Virus record (IMG/VR): IMGVR_UViG_3300045988_031645
Location: 1-40,649 of that record
Reading direction: 5' to 3' (one strand)
DNA length: 40,649 nucleotides
From: a virus
A model generated the notes under the pieces. That model searched no databases. It was not told the DNA's origin and saw only the letters and a program-made list of their open reading frames with translations. A program made the translations under genes and the position numbers. Shown here one piece after another: positions 15,162 through 26,200 of this stretch (its first letter is position 1; each line of letters opens with the position of its first letter).

Positions 15162-15215
15162 ATCTATCTCCTTTAATATCGCATGGGGCTTCATCGGCCC
15201 CATGCATGCTTAGAC

Positions 15216-16220
15216 TCAGGATGCCTTGTAAGAGCAAGCGGTCTCGATACGAACCATGTAGTCCTCGACCAGACGCTCTGCCGTCTTGGTCGCCTTCCAA
15301 CCGATGGTCGATCTCTGATCGAGCGGATCAGCCGTACCAGCAGAACCCTTCTGCTTCACGATGAGCTGAAGGCCTCCACCCTCGATGTTGGTCGTACCAT
15401 ACGCATTCGCTGCGATGATCAGGGTGGAATATACATCAAACTTGCTGGTGGAACCGCCGCCGACCTTCTCGAAGATCTTCGCCTCGGTGGTCTCTACGAA
15501 ACGCACACCGGCGATCTTACCGATCTCGTTGTTGTACATCTTGTCCGGGGAGGTGTACTTCTGCCACTCAACCCAGTTCGGGTCGGACATCAGGTCGTAA
15601 GCAACATCCGGGTGGATGATGCCCACATAGCTGCCATCGATGGTACGTGCATTCTGGCGCTTCAGCGTTCTCACGGCTGCACGAATTGCCTTGACGGTCA
15701 GTGTATCGGTCTCGAGGAGTGCCGCTCTGCCGGTTCTCTCTGCCTCGTGGTACTGAACATTGGTACCGCCGTTCAGAATCTCACGGGTGACCGTATCCAG
15801 GCTTCGACCAGCCTGAGAACCGATCAGCTGCGTCGCCTCGGTCTTTACGTTGTCGATCGCGGTCAGATCGAGCAGGTCGGTGATGATAACATAACCACCG
15901 TACTGCTTTACCTTCGCAGTGAGTGCAGAGGTATCAAGCGCCTGGCCATCCGGTGTTACACCCTCGACGAGTGCGTCCTGGATCTTCGCCAGCGGCATGA
16001 ACTGTCTGAACTCGATCTCCTTACCGTTGCCGGAAGGAATGTTTCTCTTCTGACCGAACTGATCATGCACAAGCTCTGCTTCTGCAAGGTCAATGAGGTA
16101 ATCAGAGTAATAGGTCTTGATCTCCGGTGCCAGGCTGTTGCCGGACGACGCGGAGGTCGTTGCGTTGATAACGTTATCAAACGCATGAAGGTTTAACTTA
16201 TAAATCTTTGCTGTATGCAT
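15216..16220 (-). CDS. Major capsid protein, HK97-fold, N4 gp56-like (334 aa)
   Basis: It follows the scaffold gene. The sequence YYSDYLIDLAEAELVHDQFGQKRNIPSGNGKEIEFRQF matches my recollection of the N4-gp56-type capsid family. The N-terminal KLNLHAF propeptide motif is present. Confidence 0.75.
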   Translation of the reverse strand: MHTAKIYKLNLHAFDNVINATTSASSGNSLAPEIKTYYSDYLIDLAEAELVHDQFGQKRNIPSGNGKEIEFRQFMPLAKIQDALVEGVTPDGQALDTSALTAKVKQYGGYVIITDLLDLTAIDNVKTEATQLIGSQAGRSLDTVTREILNGGTNVQYHEAERTGRAALLETDTLTVKAIRAAVRTLKRQNARTIDGSYVGIIHPDVAYDLMSDPNWVEWQKYTSPDKMYNNEIGKIAGVRFVETTEAKIFEKVGGGSTSKFDVYSTLIIAANAYGTTNIEGGGLQLIVKQKGSAGTADPLDQRSTIGWKATKTAERLVEDYMVRIETACSYKAS

Positions 16221-16231
16221 AATACTCCTTT

Positions 16232-17101
16232 TCAGAAGCGAACATCTCCAAACATAGAGCGCTTGGCGATCTCCGCTCTTTCCTGTTTCGAAAGTTTATG
16301 CACATCCTTTGACACCTTCGCGGCAGCCTGTGAACCGATCGCATTCTCTCTCGGTCTCGACCTTCTCGCTGCCATGTCCTGCACGGTCGCGCTTCGTACG
16401 GCATTGGCCGTCGTCTGCATCGCGCCGGACACGATCTCGTCTCCATGCACCGCATAGAACGCTCTCTCCATGGAAAGCCCGCTCCGAAGTGCACTCTCGA
16501 AATCTGGATTACGCAGTTCTGTATCGAGATCGAAAGACGGGAACAGCGCCTTTAAGTTTGCGCTCTGCTTATCCCACTCTGCCATCTGCCGATCAATCTG
16601 CTCGCGCCGCTCTGCCTGTTTCTGGGCCTCGCGGAACTCGCGGTTTTCTCTCTCCAGGTTGTCCCAGTTACGCTGCTCGTCGATGGTGCGCCCGTTCGCT
16701 TCTGCGCGCTCTGCGTACAGGAAATCATCATCCTTCAGTGCCTGCGTGATGGACTTGATGTCGCTGGCATCCTCGATGCCATACTTGGTGGCAAGCATCT
16801 GCATCACCTGGTCACCGGCCTTTACCCGGCCTTCCATGGACTTATAGTCCTTGAACCGCTTGTTGAACACTTCCTGGAACTTCGTATCAAACCACTTCTT
16901 GGCTTCATCCTGGTGCCCGGAAATGAATGTCTCAAACTCTGTGCCTGTTGCTGCCGTGGCGTCCGGCTGATTCCCGTCTGCTATGAGACTCGCCCCATTG
17001 CCAGCGGCGGCCTGGCCTGCATCGCCCGATGCTCCTGCTGCCCCGGAGGCGGCACCGCCGTCTCCTTCGAATGCATGGAGGTTTAACATAAATTTCGTCA
17101 T
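16232..17101 (-). CDS. Scaffolding protein (289 aa)
   Basis: Ala/Gly-rich N-terminus, a long charged helical body, and a position directly before the capsid gene. The N-terminus is MTKFMLNLHAFE. Confidence 0.7.
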   Translation of the reverse strand: MTKFMLNLHAFEGDGGAASGAAGASGDAGQAAAGNGASLIADGNQPDATAATGTEFETFISGHQDEAKKWFDTKFQEVFNKRFKDYKSMEGRVKAGDQVMQMLATKYGIEDASDIKSITQALKDDDFLYAERAEANGRTIDEQRNWDNLERENREFREAQKQAERREQIDRQMAEWDKQSANLKALFPSFDLDTELRNPDFESALRSGLSMERAFYAVHGDEIVSGAMQTTANAVRSATVQDMAARRSRPRENAIGSQAAAKVSKDVHKLSKQERAEIAKRSMFGDVRF

Positions 17102-17218
17102 AAAATAAGCTCCTTTAGCTTGCGCGGTCTATCCCGTGAGTCTTTCATCAGGCCCCTACGCCTGTTCTTATTACAATGTAAATGCTTTGCAAGCGAAAAC
17201 AAACCGACCTATGAAAAA

Positions 17219-17242
17219 GGAGCCCCCGTTGCCTGGAACTCC
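17219..17242 (-). terminator. Rho-independent terminator after the giant gene, followed by ATAGGTCGGT (17212..17203)
   Basis: Minus-strand RNA GGAGUUCC-aggcaacg-GGGGCUCC then UUUUUC. Two G-U pairs mean the helix closes only on the minus-strand transcript. Confidence 0.75.
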
Positions 17243-17262
17243 TCATTTCATCACTATTCGAT

Positions 17263-20200
17263 TCAATACTTCGAAAAGGTGGTCGTCTTGTAGCCTGCGA
17301 TCTCCCACAGCTTCTTCTGCGCATCCGCAGAAAGCCCGCTGCCTCTCAGTACCTTCTTCACGGCCTTCCGCCGGTCGTCACCATCCTTGCCGACCTTCGC
17401 AACGTCCATCTCCTCTTTCAATGAGAAGTAGTCCGCTGCATCATAACCGGCATCCGTCCAGTCCTTCAGCTTCGACGGTTTGCCCGACTCGATGCCCTTC
17501 TTCGAAAGGATCTCGTCCATGGCCTGTTCTCTTGCGAGCTGCTTCAGGTCGCCTGCAATCTTACTCTGCTTGTCCTCGCTGTCGCTTTCTTTAATGCAGT
17601 CGTCCGCCAGATCGTAGTAGTAACTCTCATATGCGTCCTGGTACTGCATGTACTCCTTGCCGCTTAGGTCGTAGGTCTTACCATCCGACTTGATGGAAGT
17701 ATCCATCACGCCAGGTAGAATCTCTGCGTTACCGTTGCTTTCCACGATGTCGTAGATCGCCTTCCGGTCTGCATCTTCTACTCCGTGATCAGACTCCTTC
17801 CGGTATGCCTTCAGTTTGTCGAGTGCAGCGCGACGAATCTCTCGTTCATCCTCCTGGCCCTTCGCAAGGCCGATTGTCTTCTGGTAGTACGACTTCATAT
17901 TACTGTCGAGCGTGCTTTCCAGTGCCTGCTCATTCGTGCCATAGGAGCTGTACATGATATCGGACTCCGATGCCTTATCGTAGATCCAGTTGCTAATGTC
18001 ATTCGAATATACATTATCACGAAGATACGTATTCTTTACACCCATCGTCCAGTCGCGCTTTCCCTTCACTCCCTTTCCGTCGTTGATTGGGAAAAGTGCG
18101 GAAGGATATGACCACATCCAGCCGAGAATGTTCTTGCCAAAATGGTCGGCCTTCTGTGGACTAATGCCGAGATACTTTCCGAGCAGGTACGCCATTTCGC
18201 TTGACTTCTCCGTGTACTGCAGTGCCGGCACCTTACCTTCATTCTGCTTACTTACGATCGGACGGTTGAGGTAATCCTTATTCGCTCTAAGCTGCGACAT
18301 TTCGCCAACAGCACCGAGTGAGCCAAGAAATCCGGTCGTAAAATCATCGTTTGCCGACTGTACTCCATTCGCCACTACATTGACCGGATATTCTGCCAAA
18401 TCAGACACAATACTCGGAAGTGTGCTGTCGGTAAGGTAGCTGTAATATTCGTTGAAAGCGTGGTCGTTATCGCCCACCGTTCTCTCAAGAAGTCTCTCAA
18501 AGAACGACTCAAGCACAGCTACGTTCTGTCCCTTCGGGATGGTGAAATACTTTCCATCGCCTAACGAGATACAGAAGTAGGAGTTTTTCGTGTAGTTCGA
18601 AAGCATATCGAAATCATCCTTGCTTTCCTTATTCCTACGCGACCATGCGACGACGAGTGCAGCCATGATCAGAGACAGCGCTGCGGAGAATGCAATTCTG
18701 CCTGCAATCGCCCGTCCTCTCTCCTTTCCGTTCACCTCAAACCATTTTCCGGTACCGTCTCCGCCGTCTCCACCGTCTCCGGCACCGCCGACGAATTTCA
18801 TCTCCCGAAGATCCTCGGCAGTGAAGTATCGGATCATCTTGTCCGTTGCCTGCACGCCTGCATTGAAGAACGGGATAAACTGGTTGAGCGTTTTTGAATT
18901 GATGCCATTTCTACGGAAGTTTACCGTGATGTCCATCGCAGCATAAAATGCCTTCTGCGGATTCATGCCTGCTTCACGGCACATCTTATAGGTTGCGAAT
19001 CTCGGCCCCATCTCGATCATATCCGAAACAAACATCGCCCATTTGAGCGGATTCATTTCCGGGTGCTCTCTCGTAGAGCTGAGTAACTTTCGCATGTCCT
19101 TTACATAGTCCTTGCTGCCGGACCATACCGGTGCACCCTCACCGCCCATCGCAAGATACTCGGAGAAGAGCGGATCAACACTCTTGCCCCGTGCGTTGTT
19201 GATGTAGTTGAGGTAGGTATCTGCGACACCCTGCAGCATCTTTCCAGGATTCTTCGTCGCCATCGAGTACGTAAGCAGCGTCTGTAGATCTCTCGGCGCA
19301 TTGGAGAAGATCGACCAGATCACATTGTTTCCGGTGATATTTGACGTGATGAATCTTGAAACCGCTCCGAAAGCCGTGATCACCTTGCTGGCGTTCCGGT
19401 AGTCCATGGAAGTGATGGAGCTAAGAAGCAGCGGATCATTGATCTTCCAGAACTCCGGCTTACCGGCTACAAGAATCTTGATCTCACCTCTGTTCGGTTT
19501 CGCCTTTCCAAGCTGGAACTGCGTCATCGTATCATCGATGGAACCAATGACTTCCTGTAAAGCATCCTGCATTTCCGGTGCGATTTCGATACCGGCAATG
19601 TCATGCGTTTCGTTATAGAGACGGTCCTTGATTCCGCGAAGATCGACTTCGACCGGAACCTTCGGATCAGGCATCTTTTCCATGAACAAGGCATCCGCTT
19701 TACTTCTTACGGCTTCTCTTCTGAGCTGAAGCATGACTGCGTTTCTCGCGGCTGCATTCTGGAGCTTCGTGATGTTGTCGATGATGTTATCAACCGGATG
19801 GATCAGATCACGTCCGCTGCCCTTTGCCTTGAACAGCGAATTGCCGCGCTCCTTGAAGCCTGCACGGAAGAACGGTACATAACACGGGTTCTCCTTCTGC
19901 ATCGCCTTATATGCGTCCGCAGAAATCAGCCCCTCGCCAACCGCGTAAGTCCACATGAAGTCGCTTTCAAACTTGTATAGTCTGTCAGCAGCTTCGATGA
20001 ACTCCGGGTGCTCTGCTTCGATCTCCGAGATCCGGTTCTCCATCCACTGCGCGTTGTTCTTGCGGTCATCCGCAAATACACGCTTGCCCTGGGCGATCCA
20101 CTCAATACCATGCTTCACCGCGAGGTACTCACCGAATGCGATATAAACTTCCTTGTCGTTCACATCGATACCGGCGAGCGCATCTTTAAGACCTGGGCCA

Positions 20201-23200
20201 ATATAATTACCGTCCAGATCATAGATGCCCTCTATGATGGTCTGTGCCACTCGTGCATCCGTATAGGCTGCATTCGTCGCATAGGTATATGTATTGGTGC
20301 CGTTTCTGACATCGAACTCGCGGAAGCCATGAACGGAATCTACATTTTCCTGGTACCAGCCATGATACCAGTCGTGAAATTTCTCCATGTTCGTCCGGTA
20401 GTCCGGTCGGCTATCCTCTTTCAGTCTGATCGAGCTCTTCGCGTCGCCAGCGTCCATCGAATAGTATGCGTTCACCTGATCCGCGAAGCCGTTAAACTTC
20501 GCAAGCTCCCCAGGGCTCATCTGCTTGAGGATGTAGTCGGTGAGCTTCGGGAAATCGATACGCGCTGCATCGCGGTTCTGTAAGTAGTATCTTACAAACT
20601 CTGCAAGTCCCTCCTTTAACTTGACCGATGCACTCTTTCCGCTATAGAGATCAGCATTGTCCGGGTTCATGAAAAATGCGGTCTCGATATCCTTGCGCAC
20701 TTCCTTCGGAAGTCGTGCGCTGCCAGTAATGTTGTAGGTCTTGTCGAGCCAGTGACCGAACTCGTGTGAGAATGTCGGAAGGTCGTTCGTGATCTTCGTC
20801 CGAATTCCGCGGTTCCGCTCATTGAACTCGCCCATGTTTCCTTCACCCTTCACATACCGGGTGCCGGATGTTACATTGAATCCCCAGTCATGCGCCGCCT
20901 GACCAATGATATCTGACAGACGCTTCGATGAAGTCTCCGCACTGCCCTCGTTCTTCTTAGCCGTCCAGCGCTCCTCTGGCTTCTCGCCGTCCTCGTTCGG
21001 TGTTGGATTCTTCTTAGAGTTCAGCACTCCGCCGGACTTATCGCCCGTGTCGTCATGCTTCGACATACTATGAAGCACACCATCATCGTCCTCTGTTCCT
21101 GCTGACCTTACATCCATAACAGGATTTGAGCGGATGATTGATCCTAGTGTGTATTCACCTTTAGATCCTGTCGGAATGAAGTATCTCTTTTCGTAGCCGA
21201 TGGTTTCCGAGATGATTCCTTCAACTCTGTTCAATGCCCAGAGATTGCTACCAGTGACTTCGATTCTCCACTCGCCAGACACTTTCCGTCTTCTGATCTT
21301 CCACCTGTTGTCTCTGAGTACAAGTTCCTGATTCTTGTCAAGCACCTCTGACATCAGAGACTTCAATGTGTACTGCTTTTTTGTACGCGCAGTGCCGAGA
21401 TTACGAAGAACAGAGTCGATCTGATCCGGGCTGATAACTCGACCGAGATACTGCTTGCCATCCGTGGTGACGATACGCATGACTCGTGTGTTGTTTTCCG
21501 GTAATTTGCTCCAGATCGGAAGAAGCGTACCAGTAAGCATATGCAGAGTATTTTCCACATATTCCGGCGCTTTCTGCGTTTCCGCCTCCCACGCCTTCTT
21601 CCACTCCTTCTTTGGCAGCTTTTCGGCCTGCTCATTGAACGTTTTTTCTACAAAGTAGCTGCTCTTTCCCCTCACAGGACCATCAAGCCTGTACTTCTGA
21701 ACGACTTCTCCAGTGCGCTTGTCGGTGGTCGTGCTGCCTTTATACACGGCTCTCACGGAACCATCCTTCAGCCGGTACATACCCATGAAGTTCAGATGCG
21801 CATCTTCAACACTTTCATACGGAATAAGCGTAGGTCTGTTATAGACCTTCAGCTGTACGTATTTTGTTTCGGCATGCGTATTCTCATCCTGGTAAACAGG
21901 CTTTTCGTCTGCGACTTCGATCTTATCCGCCTTGTAGGACTCCATGCCACGGTCAAGTGTTCCGTCCTTCATCGCGTTTTCGGTCATTTCTTCGAGAATA
22001 GAATAGAAGTTTTCGAACACTTCGTTCTGGTCCTCTACTCGCAGTGCAAGGATTCGGTTCAGGAACTTCGGCACGTTTCGTAAATCGGTAGATGATTTAT
22101 TAATCAGACCATTCTTATCATAAATCTTGATTCCAAGTTCTCTGATTACTTCATCCGGTGCACTCTCATAGTATTTTGCAAGTGCGTCCTCAGAAATCGG
22201 ATTTTCAAGATTATCCCTTTCACTGAACACGCCGCTTCCTGCGTCTCTCTGGCCCTTCGTGAGTGCACCCATCTGATTAAGGCGCTTCGCAATCGTCGAA
22301 GTGAAACGCTTCTGGCCCATTACATTGGTTGTTACCAGCTTATAAATGGGTGCGCTTGCTTCGTTCGTTCTGTGCGTACGTCCCAATCCCTGAATCGCTG
22401 CATCTGCCTTCCATCCTGCCTGGAGAATGTAGTGAACTCGCTGCTGCTGATTCTTTGCACGCAGGTCTGCATGGTAGCTCTTTCCGGTACCGCCCGCCTC
22501 TGAGAAAATAAGGATTCGTTTTTTGCCGGCCTGGAATGCAGCAGTATCAGCTTCGCCCTTTTCCTTACTCCATTTCTCGACGACTCGTTTCATAGAGCCA
22601 TCTGGCTGCCGATGATAAACGACTCGTCTCGTTCTTCCGGTAACCTCAGCCACGTTATCCACGCCGAATGTATCCAGCAGCATTTCAAGCGGGCCGTCTG
22701 GCACCTGCATCTGCCCGACTTCTTCGATCAGTTTATCTCTTAATGCGATCGCCTTCTTATCAAGTACCGGTTCACCATTGCTATTGGTGACAGGTTTAGA
22801 ATGAGTATTTCCATTCTCGTCCTGGTACTCTTCGTAAGACTGCACAGGGAATGACTTCTGAAGGAAATCGATCAATGTCTCCGACGGTGTGAGGTCAAGG
22901 CCGTCGAGATCACCACCATTTTTGGCGTTATCAGCGATCTTCCGCTTTGCTTCTGCTTCATTGGTATTTGTCAGCTGAATTACAACGCTTTTACCATTGT
23001 CAAGCTGAGTCTGAATATCCGAAAGTACGCTTGGCATGGCCATTGATGTAAGAATCTGATTATAGAATCTCTGTAACGAACCCCAGAACGCGCTTGCCGC
23101 AGCTCCCCTTGCATTACCGTTATTGGAAGCTCCGGTCAATTCGAGTGCCTTATCGATATTTCGAAGCACAACTCGCCATGCATCACTCATCTTGTCATAG

Positions 23201-26200
23201 ATTTCATGCTGAATCGGAGTTAATTCGTGCTCGATCGTGTCATACTGTACACCGTCATAGCTGATGCTTCGTGCCATGTAGTCGCCCAATGACTTCATAT
23301 CTCGTGCAACAAGCTCCATGGCAGCTAAGCCGCCAGCAGACACCTTCGTATAAAAATCGTTGAAATTTGCGAATGAAGTACCAGGCCCCCAAAGTCCGAG
23401 TCTTTCGAGGTATGCGAAGTTCTCAATAGAAGATGCGCCTGTCGCCGTTGCATAGACGATTCTTGCCTTCGGGAAAGCCTCCTGAAGTTTAAGACCCCAT
23501 ATAGCCTTCTGCGTCGGCTCACTGCTTCCACGAGCTTTTTTGATACGCACAGCATTTTTCATGTTGTGTGCCTCATCAAGAACGATTACGCCATCGAAAT
23601 CTTCACCAAGCCAATTTGTAAGACGATCAATGCCATCCTGCTTTCTTGAACCTAACGTATCATAGGTAGCGAAGCAAATACCCTCGCTGGCATTAATGTC
23701 CTTATTCTTAAATTTCTTGAATGAGAATACATCCTTTTTGTCCTGCTCGAGGTCTGCCCAGTCTCTTTGAGCGTCTTCGATCAGGCTTTCTTTTTCACTT
23801 ACCCACACAGCTTTTTTGCGTCCCTGGTTAAAATTATCAAGGATGATCGAGGCGAGCTGAAGTCCCTTTCCTACACCGGTCCCATCACCGATGAAGTATC
23901 CCTTACGTTCTCCGCTCGGTAAAAACTGCTGGTGCGCCTGTCCTGCATATACAATATTCTCAAGCTGTGCGCTTGAAGGCATGCCTCTATCAATAAGCTC
24001 CTGCGGAAGATGCGGCACATACGTTGCGTCTGGCGGTTCTACTGCACCCATGGCTGCGCTCTCTACGAGCTTGCCCGGATGCGCTTTCGCGCCATTAATC
24101 CGCACCTTCTCAGGCACATATGGTGTGAATGTGCTGTTAATATCGACATTGGCTACACGTTCTGCCTTTTCACTGGATGCCGGCTTCTCCAGCTTTACTG
24201 ACTGATCAGCCCTTCCAGAATCGGATTCATTGCCTTTGCTGCTGCTTTCAGATACTCGTCGCTCGGTACTTCTTCCGGTCCCCACTCTACCGTCTTCAGA
24301 TTTTCCAGGCTTTCTGGAATCTCTTTCACTACCGTTTCGGCGTCCTCGTCGTCCACCAGATTCTCCCAGCCCTTCTTCACTGCTTTCAGAAATTCCTCGT
24401 CTGTCGGTGGCATCATCTCCGCTGCCATCATGAGTGCCTGATCCGGATCGTTCAGTTCGTTCAGGAACCACTCCTGATCGTCCCGTCCCAGATTCTGAAA
24501 CAGATTTATCAGATTCCATGTCTGATCTACTAATCGGGTTTCTCTCATTTCTTACTCCTTCCAGGTCGGTCAGCAGCTCGGAAAGCTCCTTATATTCTCC
24601 GGTTAAGGTCTTTCCTTCCTGTGGGCCTACCTTATCAATGACTACCAGCTGGTCGTCGAAAGTAGTTCCATACTTCTGATAGTTCGAACCGTCAATTCGC
24701 ACGTTCGACCGGATGGTGTATTCCCTGCGGAGGTCGTTCCACCATGCTGAGAACGCCGGTGCATCATCTGCCATGCCGCGACCGAGAATAGCGACCAGTC
24801 TGCCGCCTTCCTGTAGACGGTCGAGTGCTTGCTCGATGTGTCGCTTTGCATTGGCCGTCTTGTTGGTCTTCATTCTGCCTGCCGTAGATGAAAAAGGCGG
24901 ATTCATGATAACCACGGTCGGCTGAATATCGTCAGGAAGAACATTATTGATCTGCTCTGCATTCTCGTTGAATGTGCCGTCGAGTCCGAGCTCATTGAGG
25001 AAAGCAAGTCTGCGCTTTGAAAGCTCATTTCCATAAACCTTCGCGCCCCACGCCTTACCCCAAAGTGCAAGACCGCCAATACCGGCGGACGGCTCAAGCA
25101 CAACATCAGCGCTCGTGATATTCGCTAAGCGCGCTGCAGTGTAAGCAATCGTCGGTGGCGTAGAGAACTGCTGGTATGATTCCATCTCCTCGGTTCTCTT
25201 CGTCTGCGTAGGGATATTGCGCATGATGCTCTGGAGCTCTGACAGAGTGTTGAGCGCGTCTTCAAGTGATCTGTTTCCTGCCTTTACGAAATCGGCATTC
25301 ATCAGATACTTGTTGATGCCCAGCTCCATACCGTCATAAGCATCCTTTACGGAATATGTGCCTTCTGCCATCGTTCCGCCATAAGCATTATTCGCAACAT
25401 CGAAAAGCCAGTTTGCCGTAAACGACTGGCCGGACGCAACCTTCTCTGCAACTCTGTCCGCGATGGATGACTGCGGATTGCTGTTTGCGACCGGCTTTTT
25501 CTCCGGCGCTGCAGGACTGGTTTTTGCCGCTGGCGCTGGCTTTGATGCTTCCTTCGGTGCTTCCTTCGGCTCTTCCTTCTTTTCCTCATTCTTCTGCATG
25601 CGGATGTTGTACTGATTATATCCCAGTTTCCACATAGCGTCAGCAGCATCCGGTCCGACCGGCATCTTGTAGAACTCAGCGAAGTTGCTGTCGTTCGATA
25701 ATCTCGAATACGGCTCGCCATTTAAGCCCGCCTGGTAAACCTGTGACATGAAATTGTCCCACTTATAGACGGTCGATGTATCGACAGACGGCCACTGCTC
25801 AGAGCCAAGCGAGAAGAAATCGATGTATGTTCGTCTCTCTGCTTCCTTCGTCCCGAAACGCTTGTACGCTCTGTCCGTTAACGCATCGGCCACATCCGGC
25901 TGAAGAATTCCACCAGAAACAAAGCTGTCCGCTTCGGCAGCCGCTTTCTCGTTCCTCGTGAGGCCATTATTTTCCGCAAATTTAGTAAGATCATCGATAA
26001 CCGCGTCACGTGACTCATACGGTTTTGTGACATAGCGAAGAGCCCGACCATCGACGATCACGCCGCCGAACTTGTCGTTTTTCGTGTCACGAAGGCGGCC
26101 AACATAGCCATCCTCGTCTGCGGTTATTTCGTACTCGATCTGATCAGCCGTAAACTTTCCGTTGCTCTTGAGCTTATCATGAAGCTGATTCGTCGTGAGC

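Noticed and set aside
15183-16196. A 337-aa plus-strand ORF antisense to the major capsid gene
   Set aside because: It is an exact antisense shadow of a strongly supported gene. It has an Arg/Leu/Gly-rich antisense-type composition and no RBS.
21363-21635. Same-strand alternate-frame ORFs inside the giant gene (21363..21635 and 25347..25721; also 19101..19301 and 27291..27509)
   Set aside because: They are Arg/Ser/Lys-rich strings produced by out-of-frame reading of charged linkers. They have no Shine-Dalgarno, and the giant frame is clearly the meaningful one there. They serve as negative controls for the 24195..24548 ORF.
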